DNA of 63,646 nucleotides, filler included, from Olpidium bornovanus S191 (GCA_017911155.1; 25 parts of 25 records of this genome joined end to end with filler, not necessarily neighbours in it), one strand, 5' to 3'; shown: positions 24,440-38,418, counted from the first letter of the whole stretch. Made by a program: numbers and translations. Notes: generated by a model from the letters alone, not told the origin.

Positions 24440-25140
24440 CCAAATATGCCTTGGATATGCAGCTGAATATGTGTTAGAATCTGCCTCTAATCCTGTGCCG
24501 GAATCCGCCCTGGAATTTGAGTTGGTATCAGAACTAGGATCAGCTCGGAAATTTTCATCAGAATAAGTGTCATAATCTGCACCGAAATCTTTGTTAGAAT
24601 TTGCGTAGGAATCTGCACTGGGATCTGCATCACAATCTGTGCCAGAATCTGCCTCTGATTTTATGACTAATTTCGTTCGAAATGCAGCGTCGAAAGCTGC
24701 GTTTAATTCTGCCTCTAAATCTGCGTCCGGCTCTGCGTCGGGATCTTCGTCCGATTCTGTATCTAAATCTTCGTCATTTTGTTGGTCTGAATCTGCGTCC
24801 AATTCTGAATCTAGATCTCCGTTCGATTCTACGTCTAAATCTATGTTCAATCTTGCGTCTGAATCTTCGTCATATTTTGCTTTTAGATCTGCGTCGAGTT
24901 CTGCTTTTGAATTTGTGTCTGATTCTGCTCGGTAACTGCGTCCGATTCTGCGTCGGAGACTGCGTCAGATTCTGCGTCTGTATCTGCATCGGTTTCTGGT
25001 GTCGGATTCAGTGTCTGAGTCTGCATCAGGTTCTGCTTCTGAATCTGCGTCGGATTCTGCATTGGACGCGCAAAATCTGCTTCGGATATCGGATTCTTTT
25101 TCAAGTCTGATTTGATTCAGCTTCTGCATTTGTGTAGAAT
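24440..25140. repeat. Degenerate 12-bp minisatellite (GAATCTGCGTCA / GATTCTGC-like)
   Basis: Period-12 pattern that reads S/E/A-rich on + and D-x-D-rich on -. Related to 46500-47113. Confidence 0.7.
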
Positions 25141-25254
25141 TCTGCTTGTGAATCAAGGTGCTGCGCGCAGGATCGACGCTGCTGACATGGAAAGATCCTA
25201 GCGACCTGGCAGATCGACCTGAAATGTTCCAGAAGTTTCCCGGCGAGCATTGCA

Positions 25255-26275
25255 ATGCAGATACCGGGCATTATCGAGGATATGCCCACACCCGAAGGAG
25301 AAAAGCTGGCAAAAATGGTGGAGGCGTTTAAGGCCGGACCAATCGTGTACGCAGCGGCAATGGCAGGACCTGAGGCCAATCATTGTCGGGCGGCGATGCA
25401 GACCGATATCAACACGTTGAGAAGCTTCCCGCCATGGGAGCTCCTCTCGAAACCCATTGGTAGACAAGTATCGCAAGGAAAATGGGTCTGTAGGTGTCAA
25501 ATGAAACACGATGGGATGATAAACAAATATCGTGCAAGGTCTATGGAACGAGGCTTTTTTATTTGAATGAAATAATTGACCTCCACAATACAATCTCGCC
25601 TGTGGTGTCAGCAATGACATTGAAACCGGAGGCTGTGGAATCAATTATGTGGATGGCTACGAGGACCTGGCCGGCCTTCGCCTTTGCCGTAGCTTTTTAT
25701 CGCTCGTTTCACTTCGGTACCAACGGGCGCTCATTGGGGGCAGTGAAAGGATTTTACACTTCATATACAAGGTATCATGGCGCGTGGGATCACGCGTGGG
25801 ATCAGGTTTAACCGATGCGAGAAGAGCCGCGAGCTCGCCGCCTTCTGTGACGCGGACCGGACCGGATGCCACCAAACCAGAGCGTCAACGTCGGCCATGG
25901 CCGCCCTGTACAACAGGGCTCTGATACTATGGCGCTCGACGAGGCAGAATTGCGTTGCAGTGCTCTCCCGTGAAGTCGAGTTTGTGTCAGGATTCATGGA
26001 AACGCAAGAATTGCTGTCTCCGGTCAATCTTAAAAGCGATCGGCAAAACTGCCGTCAAGGAAGCAACAATACAACATATAGACAATACCGTCACGGTGGA
26101 GCTTGCGGGAAACGTCAAGGCTTTGAGGGAGAGCAAGCACATGGACATTCGGTATTACCTCCCCCAATGCATTGCCAGTGGGACAATAACTGTCGAAAGG
26201 GTCTCATCTGCCAAGAATCCCACTTATGTTCGCCAAGCTGTTGGCAAAGTTGGTAAAAGTTCACAGGGTTTATAA
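25255..26275 (+). pseudogene. pol: Degraded Ty1/copia RT-RNase H with large internal deletion
   Basis: YAAAMAGPEANHCRAAMQTDINTL...WELLSKP...GKWV...KYRAR, ISPVV, TR.P.FAFAV, AFCDAD...RAST, LILWRSTRQNCVA and SKHMDIRY. Multiple stops and frameshifts. Confidence 0.85.
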
Positions 26276-26864
26276 AGATGCGTGAGATACGTGAGGTCTA
26301 AAAAACTGCTCCGCCGTGAAAGGAGGATCTCGAAGGAAAAAACCGGCAAAATAAGGCAGTTTGGTGCAACCATGGCGTATACGAAATTTATAAAATTACA
26401 TTTCCCCATATAAAATGGAATGGACGGATATAGCGAGACGATTTCCATAGGAGCAAACGAAAAAAGCATCCTCTGCTTCCCATCTCGTTTCGGGTTTCGC
26501 ATCCGCGCACCTTCCGTCGTCGTTCGGAGCTGTTTAAGGTACAGGTGGGAGGACCCGGGCGGACACTCCGGCGGCACGTCAGGAGCCACGGGCGTCGAAT
26601 AGAAAGGGCCAGGGTCTCATGTGTGCCCTTCGATGCAGCCAGCGGTTAAGTACGAAGGAACTGTAAAAGTAAGGCAACAGAACCGGCAAGTGCACACGGA
26701 GCATTTTATTTCAAGCGAGTCTCCTCGCCAGTGGAAGGCATTAACAGTGATAACACTTACGTGTTTCTTTTACCACCCATTAACGTTTGTGACAATTTTC
26801 CTATAAATGTCCTCGGACACTCCGACGAAGACCGGCTTCTGGTCCCTAAATTGAAATTGACCTG

Positions 26865-29800
26865 TCAAAAACCGATCCGTCCTTCACCCGGTGATGCAAC
26901 GAGCAGAAACGGATTCCTCACATCAAACTTGGCTGTCCGATTACCTGGCTCGCGACTTAGACTTGGCAGAAATAGAAACACAGAGAGTAGGACGTGGGCA
27001 GGGGCGAACCCGAGCAGCCAAGCCGCTTCATAGAGCCATCGTGGGGAGAAAACTGTCCAGACAAACAAGTGGTTCCGAAACACCACGACTGAGAGTTGCA
27101 GGGCGGTAACCACGAGGCAACGGAAGGCAGTGTGCCGGTAAAGGTGATCCGCGATACGGCCCGCAAGATACCCTTCGCTGCCATCGTCTGACAGCTCGCC
27201 TGTGCTTGATATTTCCGACGTTGTGGACGAATCCCCAGCTCTCTTACAAAGCTCCGTAGTCAACGACGTCTTCGACAGAGCATCAGTCTCCGAAAAAATG
27301 ACGGGAGCAGTGGCCGACCACCACAGCGGGCCGGCCCAGTTTGACAGGAATGTAAGCAGACCCACGACGGCGGTGTAGCCCTGAACACCGACGTAGCTGT
27401 TACCGATATCGATGGTAGCCAGCGAGTTCGAACCTCCGAACAGGAAGAACGACGTTTGGGTCGCGACGAAAAGTGTGAGGCTCAACGTCGCGCGACACAC
27501 CGGCGACCTCACTGCGGCACGTGCTCGAACGTATAGCCATGTCAAGGTGGCTTGCGCGGTGCAAAAGCAGAACAGTACAGCGTTGTGTGGGCGGGAGAGG
27601 AGAATCAACAGAAGCGTAAGGGATGCGATATTGGATACGTGTGTTGACCTCCGAAATGACGTTCGGGACACGTTCTTAATCGCCATTGGCGGCACGGCGA
27701 CGTCGCCGATGACACCGACGGCGAGGCTGCAGGCGGTTGCGGTGTATGCCAGCCTCGCTACCGTCACCATGCTCCGCCTCTCACAGATCCCGAATCCCAG
27801 AGGTACGAGGGCACAGCCATCATCGACAACCATCCGATAAGTGGTGACCAAGTAAGAAGCCGACAGAATGCAGAAGAGATGGATGAGAAGCAAAACCATC
27901 CGCCTTACGCTTCGCACCTCGCGGTACGAAATCCACAGATGCCAGGCGCTCGCCGATGTCACAGCTGCCACGCTCAACAGGAATAGTGCCCAGGAAATCG
28001 CAGGATAAGTTGCTGTGAGGTAGTGCCTGACATCGACATCGTCCGCAAACTTAACACCTGTTGTGGGTCATCAGCAAATTTGCCATTCGACAGAAGGTCG
28101 GTCGTCAAAGCATCGTACCTGTTTGATTCCACGTACGCATGATGCGTATTAATCCCATCTGGACCACAGGAATAGCGGTGACCCAGTCCACTGATGTCAT
28201 GGCGGACACACTCCTTTCTCGAACACTACATGACGGTGGCATGGACTCCTTTAAATTCTCGGTAATCAAACCAAGGGTACGTCGAAAGCATAACTCACTT
28301 CTGGATCAACAGGAAAACCCAGCACGTGCTTGATACGAAGTACCAGAATTGATGCTCTTCTTCAATTAGGCTCGTCGCAAATAGAGACGCACAATATGAC
28401 ACCACCGTGATAATCCATGCATAGGCGGTCTCGGAACACCATCGTCGGCGGCGCGCCTCAAAAATCATTTTGACCGCGACGACAGATGTACAGATAAGAG
28501 ATATAGCGAATCCAGCGAAGAGGAGTTTCATGTCGTGGTTGCTGAACGACAGCGAGACGAGAGTACCAGCCTCGCTGAGAAACTGCAAATGCGACTTCAT
28601 TTTTGGCTCGGGAAACTCAGAAGGGTCTCTCCAGAAACACGAAAAATCAGCCGTTACCTTCTCATACGCGTACTGTGCGTCCTTAGCGGCTTCGGGGTAT
28701 CCGCATCTGGCTTTTGCATGCCAGAAAACTGCCATTTGCAACCAACAGACAAACCTTTCTGCAGAATTATGGTCCATCGGACCGCACTGCACCATGGGAT
28801 TTCGAAGAGCCTCGTCTGGACGCAGGCGGAGCGACACGGGTTCCCTGCGCAGGGCGGGCCACGCGTTGTATAGCACGCTCAGCATCTGATGACTGTTCAA
28901 TTGCATGGCACGAAGGAGGTCGGCCGCTGTATGCAAAACAACGTCAGTGGACAGAGCGGCAGCTGTTACCGGCGCCGGAACCATCAAGGCCAACCTGAGC
29001 TCTTTCGAAATATATCAGAAATTAGTTTTCCAAGGTTGTTGCGTGGGACCGGCAACCCGAATAGCATGCTAATTGTCGAGACCACGTCCACTTGCATCAC
29101 TCGAGGAAAACTCGACTCATTAAATTCCACTTGTCTTCGCATACCACGGTCGACACCGTCGGTTTGTTCCTCAAATGAACTGCTCATAAAGACGAAAATA
29201 GTAGAAACTTCTCCGGCCGAGGAACCGCCGTGATTTCCAACCTTACATTTTCTGTAAGCGTCAGAACTGATTTGCGAGCATGCTTCGTCACGCCCAAGCG
29301 AAGAAACTTGGCGAGGCGTCGTAAATAGGAGAACGAACCTCGTTCATTCCGTGGTCTCCGCACAAGATGAACAGGGTGGGCTTCGCGTCCGGGTCTGCCC
29401 GCATCTTTGACGCATCCGCGCGGGCGACTTCCTGGTACACGTTTTCCACCACCGCGTCCATCTCCTTCTGCTTCGGAAGCATCAGACGGCTTCCCGGTCC
29501 GGCCAGATGGCCAATATGATCTAATCCAAGATAGTGGAGAATCAATACATCCCAATCGCCGCGGATCAGTTCCGGTTTTACATGTCGCGTGACGTTCTGG
29601 TCAACCTCTACGGTGTCCTTTTTGGAGATTTGTGAGAAGCAAATGGTGAGAAGTAAAGAGCACAATCACCGCAGCGCGCTGCTTGAAAATAACGTACTCT
29701 TCGCACTTACAGAGACGTAAAAAGAAGTGGTGCCCTCTTCTCTTTCAAACATCCCAGGGAAGAGCTTTAACCACGTGTCGTCGCCGTAAAAAGCGATCGT

Positions 29801-30731
29801 CCGATTGCCGCTATGGACAAACTGTGCGATCCAGCTGTCCTGCCCGTTCAAAGACGACGACGTGTCGGACTCGGCAATGTTCAGAATTGCATCCAGGAAA
29901 CTGGGCACCGAACCTGGAGCGGCAGATTTACTTAGCCCCAAGGTCAAATCTACGTCAAAGGTGCGATGCCTGCACAGGTTTTCTTTTTTTTTCAACCCCG
30001 CGGAGTCAGGCGTGAACTGGCTCCTCACCGGTAGTCAGCGCCTTGATCCGCGGGAGTGTAACGGTCGGGGCAGTGGCCATCGCGGTATATCCATATGCTT
30101 TGCCCTCTGCAAGTAACCTGGTGAACTTGGGATTAAAGAAGTCTGAAGCTCCCCTTGCCTTCGGGAGCGCATGAAGGCAACTGACCGGCGAGTGAAAGTG
30201 AAGCCGGACTCGCTACCAAAGACAAAGTCGCTATGAACGTTTCGAGCAGTTAAAAACAAAGATGGGACGCGATTCGAGGAATACGTAAGGTGGATGAAGG
30301 CTTCCAGCGGGGCGCCGCCTCTGACAGATTTCTGTTTTAGCCGACGTCTGAGAGATCGACATTTTGCGCTTCACGCACCTCCGAAGAGCGTCCACCAGCA
30401 TGAACACCAAGCGACCAAACTGTGGGGCCAATCCGAGAGGGCCCGCCCCGACGGGAGTGCATCGGGCAGAGTGGTTGCCGTCGTGATTTGGCGCAGTGTC
30501 CAGCACCAGCTCCGGCGCCAGAGGCCACGGGTCGGTAAAAGACGCGAGCCCGGGTATCACCGTCTTGGCGGGAAAAAAACCCTTGGAGAACACGATCAGC
30601 GCGAGGGCCTGAGCTGCGGTTGCTGCCAGCACAAGCAGCAACTGCCGCCGCCACCGGGAATATTGGCGACGGCAAGGGCAGCGAGCGCACCGCAGCGTGT
30701 CCTCGCTCAGCGCGTCGCCTGCGTGGGCCAT
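26865..30731 (-). CDS. GPI7: GPI ethanolamine phosphate transferase 2 (PIG-G), multi-exon
   Basis: FSKGFFPAK, RLVFMLVDALR/DFV, FYGDDTWLKLFP, SFYV, DWDVLILHYLGLDHIGH, QKEMDAVV, GDHGMNE, PVPRNNLG, EEEHQFWY, FFLFGGSNSLATID, FRNHLFVWTVFSPRWLY. Confidence 0.95.
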
Positions 30732-31459
30732 TTCCTCGCGGGGGTAAGGGGAGCGAGGCGGCGGTACCGGATAAGAAGGTCGAAAAAATGTCGCAGTTTC
30801 GTTCGACATCGTGCATGTCAACTGCAGCTTGCATCTGGCACTCCACATTCCCCGTCCGCCACAATGCGCCTGCAGAAAGAAAAAGACATCTCTTTAACGG
30901 ATGGGATCGGCCTTCACGAGGACATTGTCACGACGAACAGGATATTAGAAAACCTTGCTCAACCGCCAGCACGCCCGGCTTTATATGCATATAACTTTTG
31001 ATCCCAAAGAAACACAGGGAGGGCGGCCCGACCTTCATGAAACCGACCATGAGAAACTCTCGCGAAACCGTTCTCCAGACCGGTGAAAAGGCTCGAGATG
31101 CGAACCGTGCCAAGCGCAAACTGCGGGCTCCTGCAGCAGAGTTCCGCGCCGCTTTGGAAACGTCGTTCCTTTTACGTCCCTATTCAGCTCAATGCCGCTT
31201 CACTTGGCCGTCTCATTGTTCGTTTGGTGTATGGAGAACAAGCGGCGTCGAGTGAGGACGATGCCCGAAATGTAAAAATATCCTCGGCGCGCAAACGCCA
31301 CCCCTCCGTTCACAGTCTACTTCCTTTGGGGTCAGCAAGGTCCACACTTGGCGTGCATTCCCAATCATTACAGGAAACTTGCTTCCAAGGAAAAACCAGA
31401 TTCCGATCAAAGCCGGCCGGGTTTCCCTTCCGGCTTCCGCCAGGATAAAAATATGGGGT

Positions 31460-34339
31460 TCACTGGGCAGGGATGGAACGCGCAAGGCGGAAATTGGAGA
31501 ACATAAAGCCGTATTTGCGCTGGTACCAGTTGCGGAAGGAACGGCGCTCCGCAATGCGCGGGTGGGTGGCCCACGAGGCGCCCAGCAAGACCTTTAAGCG
31601 AGTGACGGCGAGAAAACACGAGTGGTCACAAAACAATTTCCACTTAGGAATCGACGCCGGATTAACGTTTCCAGAGCGGGAAGGTGATAATGGGATTGAA
31701 TAAAGAGGGATAGAACCCACCGCATGCTTCTCGCCGAAATGGTCCTCACTGTAGCCGCGGTATAATTCGCTCGCCTTGAAGCCGTCGTACTTTTCCCAAG
31801 GCGTCCCAGTAATCTCCCATCCGTCAGACACAATCCCCAGGTTCTCCACCGCAGGACCCAAGGTGACAGGGACAGGATGCCAGGAGCGGAATCCGTAGTT
31901 ATCGGAAGAGGGAGGAGAGTAGTAGTTGGCGCGTAGCGTGGCGTACTCGGCCTCAGTCGGCAGCCGCGCGCCGTTCCAAGCCGCGTACTCCTCCGCCTGC
32001 GCCGCTGACACCGACACCGGCCAGTCGGCGGCGGTGGCCAGCGGGACGGGGCCAAAAGTCGTCCGGACACAAAAGCTGCTGTCCTCCGCGACTGTCCACG
32101 CCAGAGGAACAAGGTTTAAAGAGTTCTTGTGCGCGAGTAGGAAGTCGGCGTACTCGCCGTTCGTCACAGGCCTGCGAATTGCGGTACCGCATCAGCGCTT
32201 AAGAACCCCCAGGACGCACTACCGGAGAAAAGTAACCGGGAATGCAGGACCGTACCTCGACTGAATCTCGAACGCGGGAACGGTGATCGTCCTACTCGGC
32301 CTCTCGTTGTCCCAGCCGAGTTCGGCCGCAAACGCGGCGGACTGATCCAGGTCTGATTCTTCAGGGTCGTCGTGACCGACCTTTACAGTCCCGGCAGGGA
32401 TGGCGACGAATGTCGCTTTCGCGGCTGGCTGCTTGCCCGTTCCCCAGATCGGACGATGAACGTTGCAGGGGGGTTGGGCCCGCTCAAATTGAACGATCAC
32501 TAAGAAAGCCGATGGAAGGCATCAGATGGATCCATGATGGATATGTGTCGGGTCCGACCGCAAACGATAATTCCTCACTGTGAAGTATGGTTTCCAAATG
32601 CATCGCCTGGTGCTCGAAGCACATCCACAGAACGCGGGCCAACCTTTTGTCCGCCTTCCACTCCGTCTTATGGAGTATTTCCCGGACTCGTTCTTGCACC
32701 TTGATCCAGAATGCGTCAACATCGGACGCGGATGGCCAGCGCGACGGCACGCGGGAGTGGTCATGGCACACCGACGGGTCCTCGACGTCCGGATCGACGC
32801 CGCGATCAAAAATGTCCGCGAACTCCGGCGACCCGCTGAGCGGCTCCCGCAAATACCGAGACAGCTGTGTGTCGAGGAAGCCGGGGATGTGGCCACGATA
32901 AAAAATGAAAGGGTGACGAAGGCCGATCGGCTGCTCAAGCATGTCCTCCCGCTTGATCATAGTCTGTGTCACCAGGTCCCAGGCTTTCCAGAGCTCTTCC
33001 CACTCTTCCAACTCCGGCACCACCGAGGTCGTCGGCGAGAAGAAAAACGGTGGCTTTTGGCACAGGTGGAGATCGTACTCAGAGTTTGGATCGGCGATCG
33101 CGCCGAATCGGATCAAGCGGGCGTCATTAATGACCTGGGAAATCTCGCGGGGGGAATACTTGTAGCTGTACTCGACATGAATGCGTTCACCTGCTTTCAA
33201 GTGGATCTCGGCTGTTTTCTCCCCGGCAGACAGCCGAATGACCTGATCTTTCAGAGACTTGTAATAGGCCTCGTGACGCCCGGCGTCCTCGTTGTAATGC
33301 GCGTCATAGGCGAAATCGCGGCGGTCAATCAGCGTGTTTTCCCCATGGCCGCCACCCCCGAAAATTTCGTTCACATGGTCAAGTCCGTTCTGGAAGGAGG
33401 GTTTCGAATTAGAGATTATTGGATGAGATGCCGGTTTCTGTACGCTGACCTGCAACTATTCGCATAACAGCGTGCAGGAACGCACCATGATGAACTCCTC
33501 AGTAATGCCGGCAGGGTCGTTATAAGCTAACGTGATGCGCTGGGGATTGTTACGCCTGTCGGCACCGACGAGCAGTAGGTCGCCAGGATTCATGCACGCA
33601 TCCTGAACGCTGCGCAAAAACTCGCCGGCGGCACTGCGGCTGAGGTTCCCGATGCTTGACCCGAGCCAAATCACCGTCTTTGGCTCTGTACTTGGTAAAT
33701 GTTTGCCCACGTACGCCACGCCTTCCTCGTACGTGCCCAGTAGGCCAAACGTCTGTACGTGGTTAAAGTTGCCGAGCGAATCGAGAGCGCAAACCAGTTC
33801 TTCCTTGTCCAAGTCCAGGGCGTAATACGACACCCGCTTTTTGGCAGCGTCCAGTGCACGTAGAATAATGGCAGTCTTCGTGAGTGACCCGGCGCCCAAC
33901 TCAATGACAGCCGATTCGTCCGGGATATAAGTTATGATCTCCTGGATGTGATTTTGAAGAATGTTTGTTTCCGCTGCAGTTACTAATTTTTTTCGCGCCC
34001 CGGCGTGGATAAGGAAGCGAATAGATTGGTGGTGTTTGTGAAAGGCGATAACCTGAAACTGCGAGCGCTGCTGGGTTGAACTGGCAAAAAACGGCGGCGA
34101 TCCTTACAGTAGTACTCGCCAACCTCACGCGTAATCTGATCAAAGAGTTGCAGGCCGCGGTTGTTGTACAGGACTAACGTGGGTATGGACCTCAAGCCGT
34201 CCGACGGGCGCAGCGTCGTGAGCGACTCGAGAATCATTTCAGCGAGAGTCGTGTGGTGCTCATCGCTCCTTATATCAATGATTTGTGGTTTCAATGGCAA
34301 AGAATTCGTAGGGCCGTCGCTGGAGTGTGCCGCCGGCAT
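31460..34339 (-). CDS. EGT1: Ergothioneine biosynthesis protein 1 (EgtD-like methyltransferase fused to EgtB-like sulfoxide synthase), multi-exon
   Basis: IPTLVLY..RGLQLFDQIT, ELGAGSL.KT, WLGSSIGN, AYNDPAGIT, SYKYS, RHPFIFY.GHIP.FLD, FEHQAMHLET, GWDNERP, RLPTEAE, GASWATHPRIA.RRSFRNWYQ. Confidence 0.95.
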
Positions 34340-35895
34340 GTTTAGCTGCGACCGGTGGAATTTCGTAGTTTACTCCACGGTGAAAGCTAACGCGTTGCAG
34401 CGTGACGTTGCCGTCCAGAAACGATTCCCGGAGCAAAACTTCAGCAAGCGCCGCTGTGAGAGAAAAGAGCGCAGGCTGGCCAATACGAGGATAGTGTGGT
34501 CGACGTGCGGCAAGTCGTCCACGCGAAAAGCCTAAGTACGAAGAATGCCACGCGCAGTTTCGATTTGGAACAAAAGGAAGCGAACGCCGTTCAACTGAAA
34601 ACCAGTATTCCGCCTTCTGCCGCGGTCAAGAAGGATTTTAAAATCGTCTTCCGTTCGCCGAAGAGTTCGAGACAAACTAAGATCGCTTTCCGTCGACGAA
34701 GATCTCTTTCCCAACCCCCTGAAGCAAGCACGGGCGTAAACTCGGGATCGCCCGAACCAAACAAAAAAAATAAGAAAAATAAAAATAATAAAAAAAGAAA
34801 CATCGACGCTTGGGCGGAGTATGTTACCGGTGCCCGCACACTGCTTCTAGGTGAAGTCCGCTTTCCCGTTCGGACTCACCGGATGCGCGGCCTATGCAAA
34901 GGGGGGAACAACTTTGAAGGTGTGTTGCGAGCGGACAAGAATGTTCGTAAGCTTCGCGAGGGGTGTTCCTGCAACCCGGGCGGCGGCAGGCGGGATGTTC
35001 GGCAATAACACGACCCGGTCGGCGGGGTGTGGGGGAGGCTGTGCGGGAAAGGGGGGGGGGGGGGGGGNNNNNNNNNNNNNNNNNNNNNNNNNNNNNNNNN
35101 NNNNNNNNNNNTTAATTAATTAANNNNNNNNNNNNNNNNNNNNNNNNNNNNNNNNNNNNNNNNNNNNTGAGATTGGAGGTCTCCGTCGAGATTTTAGTGG
35201 TATCCGAAGAGGAGTTAATCGATCCGTTTCGCACCTCGCACAATCCCGATAAAACCTCGATCCGACCGTGAAAACCACCTTACGGGCCTGATCCCTCGTA
35301 ATAGGGACTTTTCGACCTGTGACAGGGTCGACGCCCGCGGTCGACCCCCGCCGCAGTCCGGTTCCTAAGCTGGCTTGTTTTCTGAAACGTTTTGGCTTTC
35401 CCTCGGCGTCACTCGGTGCTCCTACCGGGCGGTGGCCGGTTGGAGGCGGGGTCGGAAATTCGGTTGAGCATTTTTTTCTTCCGCGTGGTAAATTCCGGCC
35501 GGCGTGTCCGGCGAGCCCTCCTGACGCCGAAGTTTGTCGTGGTCGCCGCCGAAAGCTTCCCCGGTTTCCCCGCGCACCTGCGCCAAACCGCCAGCGGGTC
35601 TGACGAACACGCTTTAGAGTGAACGTCTTTGTCGGAGCTTCATGGGTACCCGACGTCGCCGAGACTTTGAGAGGTACGCCTGCAAGTCTCGCCGACAGTT
35701 GAAACCGTGGGCGAGGCAGACCGGTGGCAGCGTAAAACCAGAAGAGAAAAGCGCCTGGTGCCGCAACACCCACACATAAAAAGAGGCTAGCTGGGTCGTC
35801 GAAAGTGGGACCGCCGTCGCGCCGGCTGCACGGCTGCGTCAAGGCACCTCGCGCTCTCCCGCTGCACTTGAAGACGCGCGAAACAGGGCGCGACG

Positions 35896-35929
<34 letters not shown>

Positions 35930-36279
35930 CCCCCCCCCCCCCCCCCCCGCCCGCCCCGCCCCCCCCCCCCCCCCGCCCGCCCGCCCGCGCGCCACCCCCC
36001 CACGACGCCGGGTGCTTTCGCCGATCGCCCCGGCCCGCGCGCGCCGACCGCGACGCCGGCAGGAGCCGCGGTCATCCCGGCCCGCAGCAGCAGCCCCGCG
36101 GCGGCGGCAAGGCGGGGTTCGCCCCGCCGGGGAGCCCGGGGAAGCGACGAGGAGGAGCACGGGGGCCGGAGGGACCACGGACGGCGCGGCCGGCGGGGCG
36201 CGCCGCGCGCCGAGGCCTCCCCCCGAGGCTGCCGGCCAGACGCTCAAGGTCCCGGTTTTGTGAGTCCGGCGCCCTAATC

Positions 36280-36316
<37 letters not shown>

Positions 36317-37609
36317 CCCCCCCCCCCCCCCCCTCCGCCCCCCCCCCGGGCCCCCCCCCCCAAAAAAAAAAAAAAAAAAAAAAAACCCCCCCCCCGGAAN
36401 NNNNNNNNNNNNNNNNNNNNNNNNNNNNNNNNNNNNNNNNNNNTTAATTAATTAANNNNNNNNNNNNNNNNNNNNNNNNNNNNNNNNNNNNNNNNNNNNC
36501 CTGCCGTTACTCGGCAGGTTGGAGGAGTTTGGATAACAAAATGCCCTTTTCCAGGTTTTTTTTTTCCTCCTACGAGGGATTCTTTTCCCGGCTTAAAAGG
36601 GGAGCTTGTTAAACACGTCCACGTGGTGCTCCCTGGCCAACGGGTTCTGCTTTCGCTAACCCGGCTAAGCTTTTGATAACGCAATAAGTGTAAGCGGTAA
36701 ATTACTTGAGAGATGATCCCTGATCGCCGTTTTCCGTCCGTTTTGAACTTTCGTTTCCTGCTTCTTCTTCTTTTTCTTCTTGTCCTTTGTTTTCGCGGCG
36801 CGGGGTTATTTGCCGGAGCCAATGACGAGGGCGTGCGCTTGGGCGCAGAATGTCGCCTGCGAAGCCCGGCTCACCTGGCCCCCTCTATCCCCTCGCCCAC
36901 ATTCCGTCCGTCCGCACTCGCCTTCCTTTCGTTTTCTTTGGGGAAAAGCTGCCGTTGTTCCCCAACCACTGCGGCCCTTGGTCTTTAAAGGAAAGGCCCC
37001 GCTTCGCTCCGCCCTCTGACGTAGTTCAGGTGGGACGTCCGGAGAGGGGTTTGCTCTCCCTGCACCTGGTCGTAGGCGATTTTGTGGGTTAGGTCGGGCT
37101 TTTTTGGCTATCTATCAACCACCTGTTCAGCCATTCGGTCATTCGGCGATGCGCACCGCCGTAGTCGCCGCTTCCTCGATGAGCACGGCCGTAATCGCTG
37201 TATTCACGACGCGAGCCTCACAGCCATTCAGACCGCGCAGCCAGGTGAAATCTAAACCACGACTGGACTTGACTGAGCCGACTGAAGCGTATGAACTGCC
37301 GCGCGCCGTCGACGAGTTTTCGCGACGCAGTCCTCAACGACCGTGCTTCGCCGACGTTTTTCACTTCTTTTTTCTTTTTTTTCAAAAAAAAAAAAAAAAC
37401 TCCGTTCTTCCCCCCAAACCGTCCCCGCAAGGCCGCCCCAGCAGCAGCAGCCCAAAGCCCGGTCCGGGGCAGGCACCAACGAACACGCTGCGGCGCTTCC
37501 GCCTTCGGCCGGCGGCGCCACCTGCCGTCGAACCCGGCACGCACGCGTCCGGGTCTCTTTCTTCCGCCCGGCACGATCCCGAAGAGGTCTTCCGGAAGAG
37601 CGCGGTGCC

Positions 37610-38318
37610 ATGCCGTCCATAAAGCTCGCTTCTTCCACGTGGAACGCGGTCACCGCGGCGCTCGCCGCGGGCGCGGGGTCGCGCGCCCCGGCGGCCGCGG
37701 CGCAACTGCCACTGGACGTTCTCTCGCGGACGCCGTTTCTGGAGTTGAAGGAGCGGCAGCTGCAGTCTGCCGACTTCTGGTACCGCTTCGCGCTGATGAA
37801 GCCGCTGGTCGACGTGCGGCGGGGCGTGCCGGTGCACGTCCTGGCGACGAACGTTCTCTCGAGCCCTGAGGATAGCGTCTCTGTGCGGCGGCTCATCCAG
37901 CGGCTCAAGCCGTCGGTAGTGCTGCTGCAGCACACCCCCGAGGTGTGGAACGACGCTCAGAAGAACGATAAAGCGCGCCAACGGATCAAGAATTTCATCA
38001 AGGAGTTGATCCCCTGTGCGAAGGCAGCCCGGTCTCCGTTCCCGTCTTGCCGCCGGGCCGAGTTCCCCGGTCGCTTCACCGTGGAGGAGGCCCAGATCGC
38101 CTGCGTGAAGGAAGAGGAGGAACGCCTACTGCGGTTCTATGACGAATTAACGAAGGTTGACACCTCGAGCACGCTTCTACATCCTGATTTCGTCAGGTCC
38201 TGCCAACTGCATGGCAACATTCCAAAATGGGAGTGCTTTGTTGCCTTCCTGGAGGCGATTGAACATGGCATCGACCTTAAGGCCATCGACATGCCGCTTG
38301 AATGTTCAAAGAAACAGG
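37610..38318 (+). CDS. Divergent TraB-like protein (partial, runs into gap)
   Basis: VHVLATNV...SVRRLIQRLKPSVVLLQ and WECFVAFLEAIEHGIDLKAIDMPL parallel the TraB layout, but the GTxH and VxE positions are changed. Confidence 0.5.
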
Positions 38319-38418
38319 NNNNNNNNNNNNNNNNNNNNNNNNNNNNNNNNNNNNNNNNNNNNTTAATTAATTAANNNNNNNNNNNNNNNNNNNNNNNNNN
38401 NNNNNNNNNNNNNNNNNN

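Noticed and set aside
35167-36399. 375-aa minus-strand ORF 35120-36247
   Set aside because: It runs through poly-G/C tracts and probable introns with no recognisable domain. Small true exons may exist but cannot be supported.
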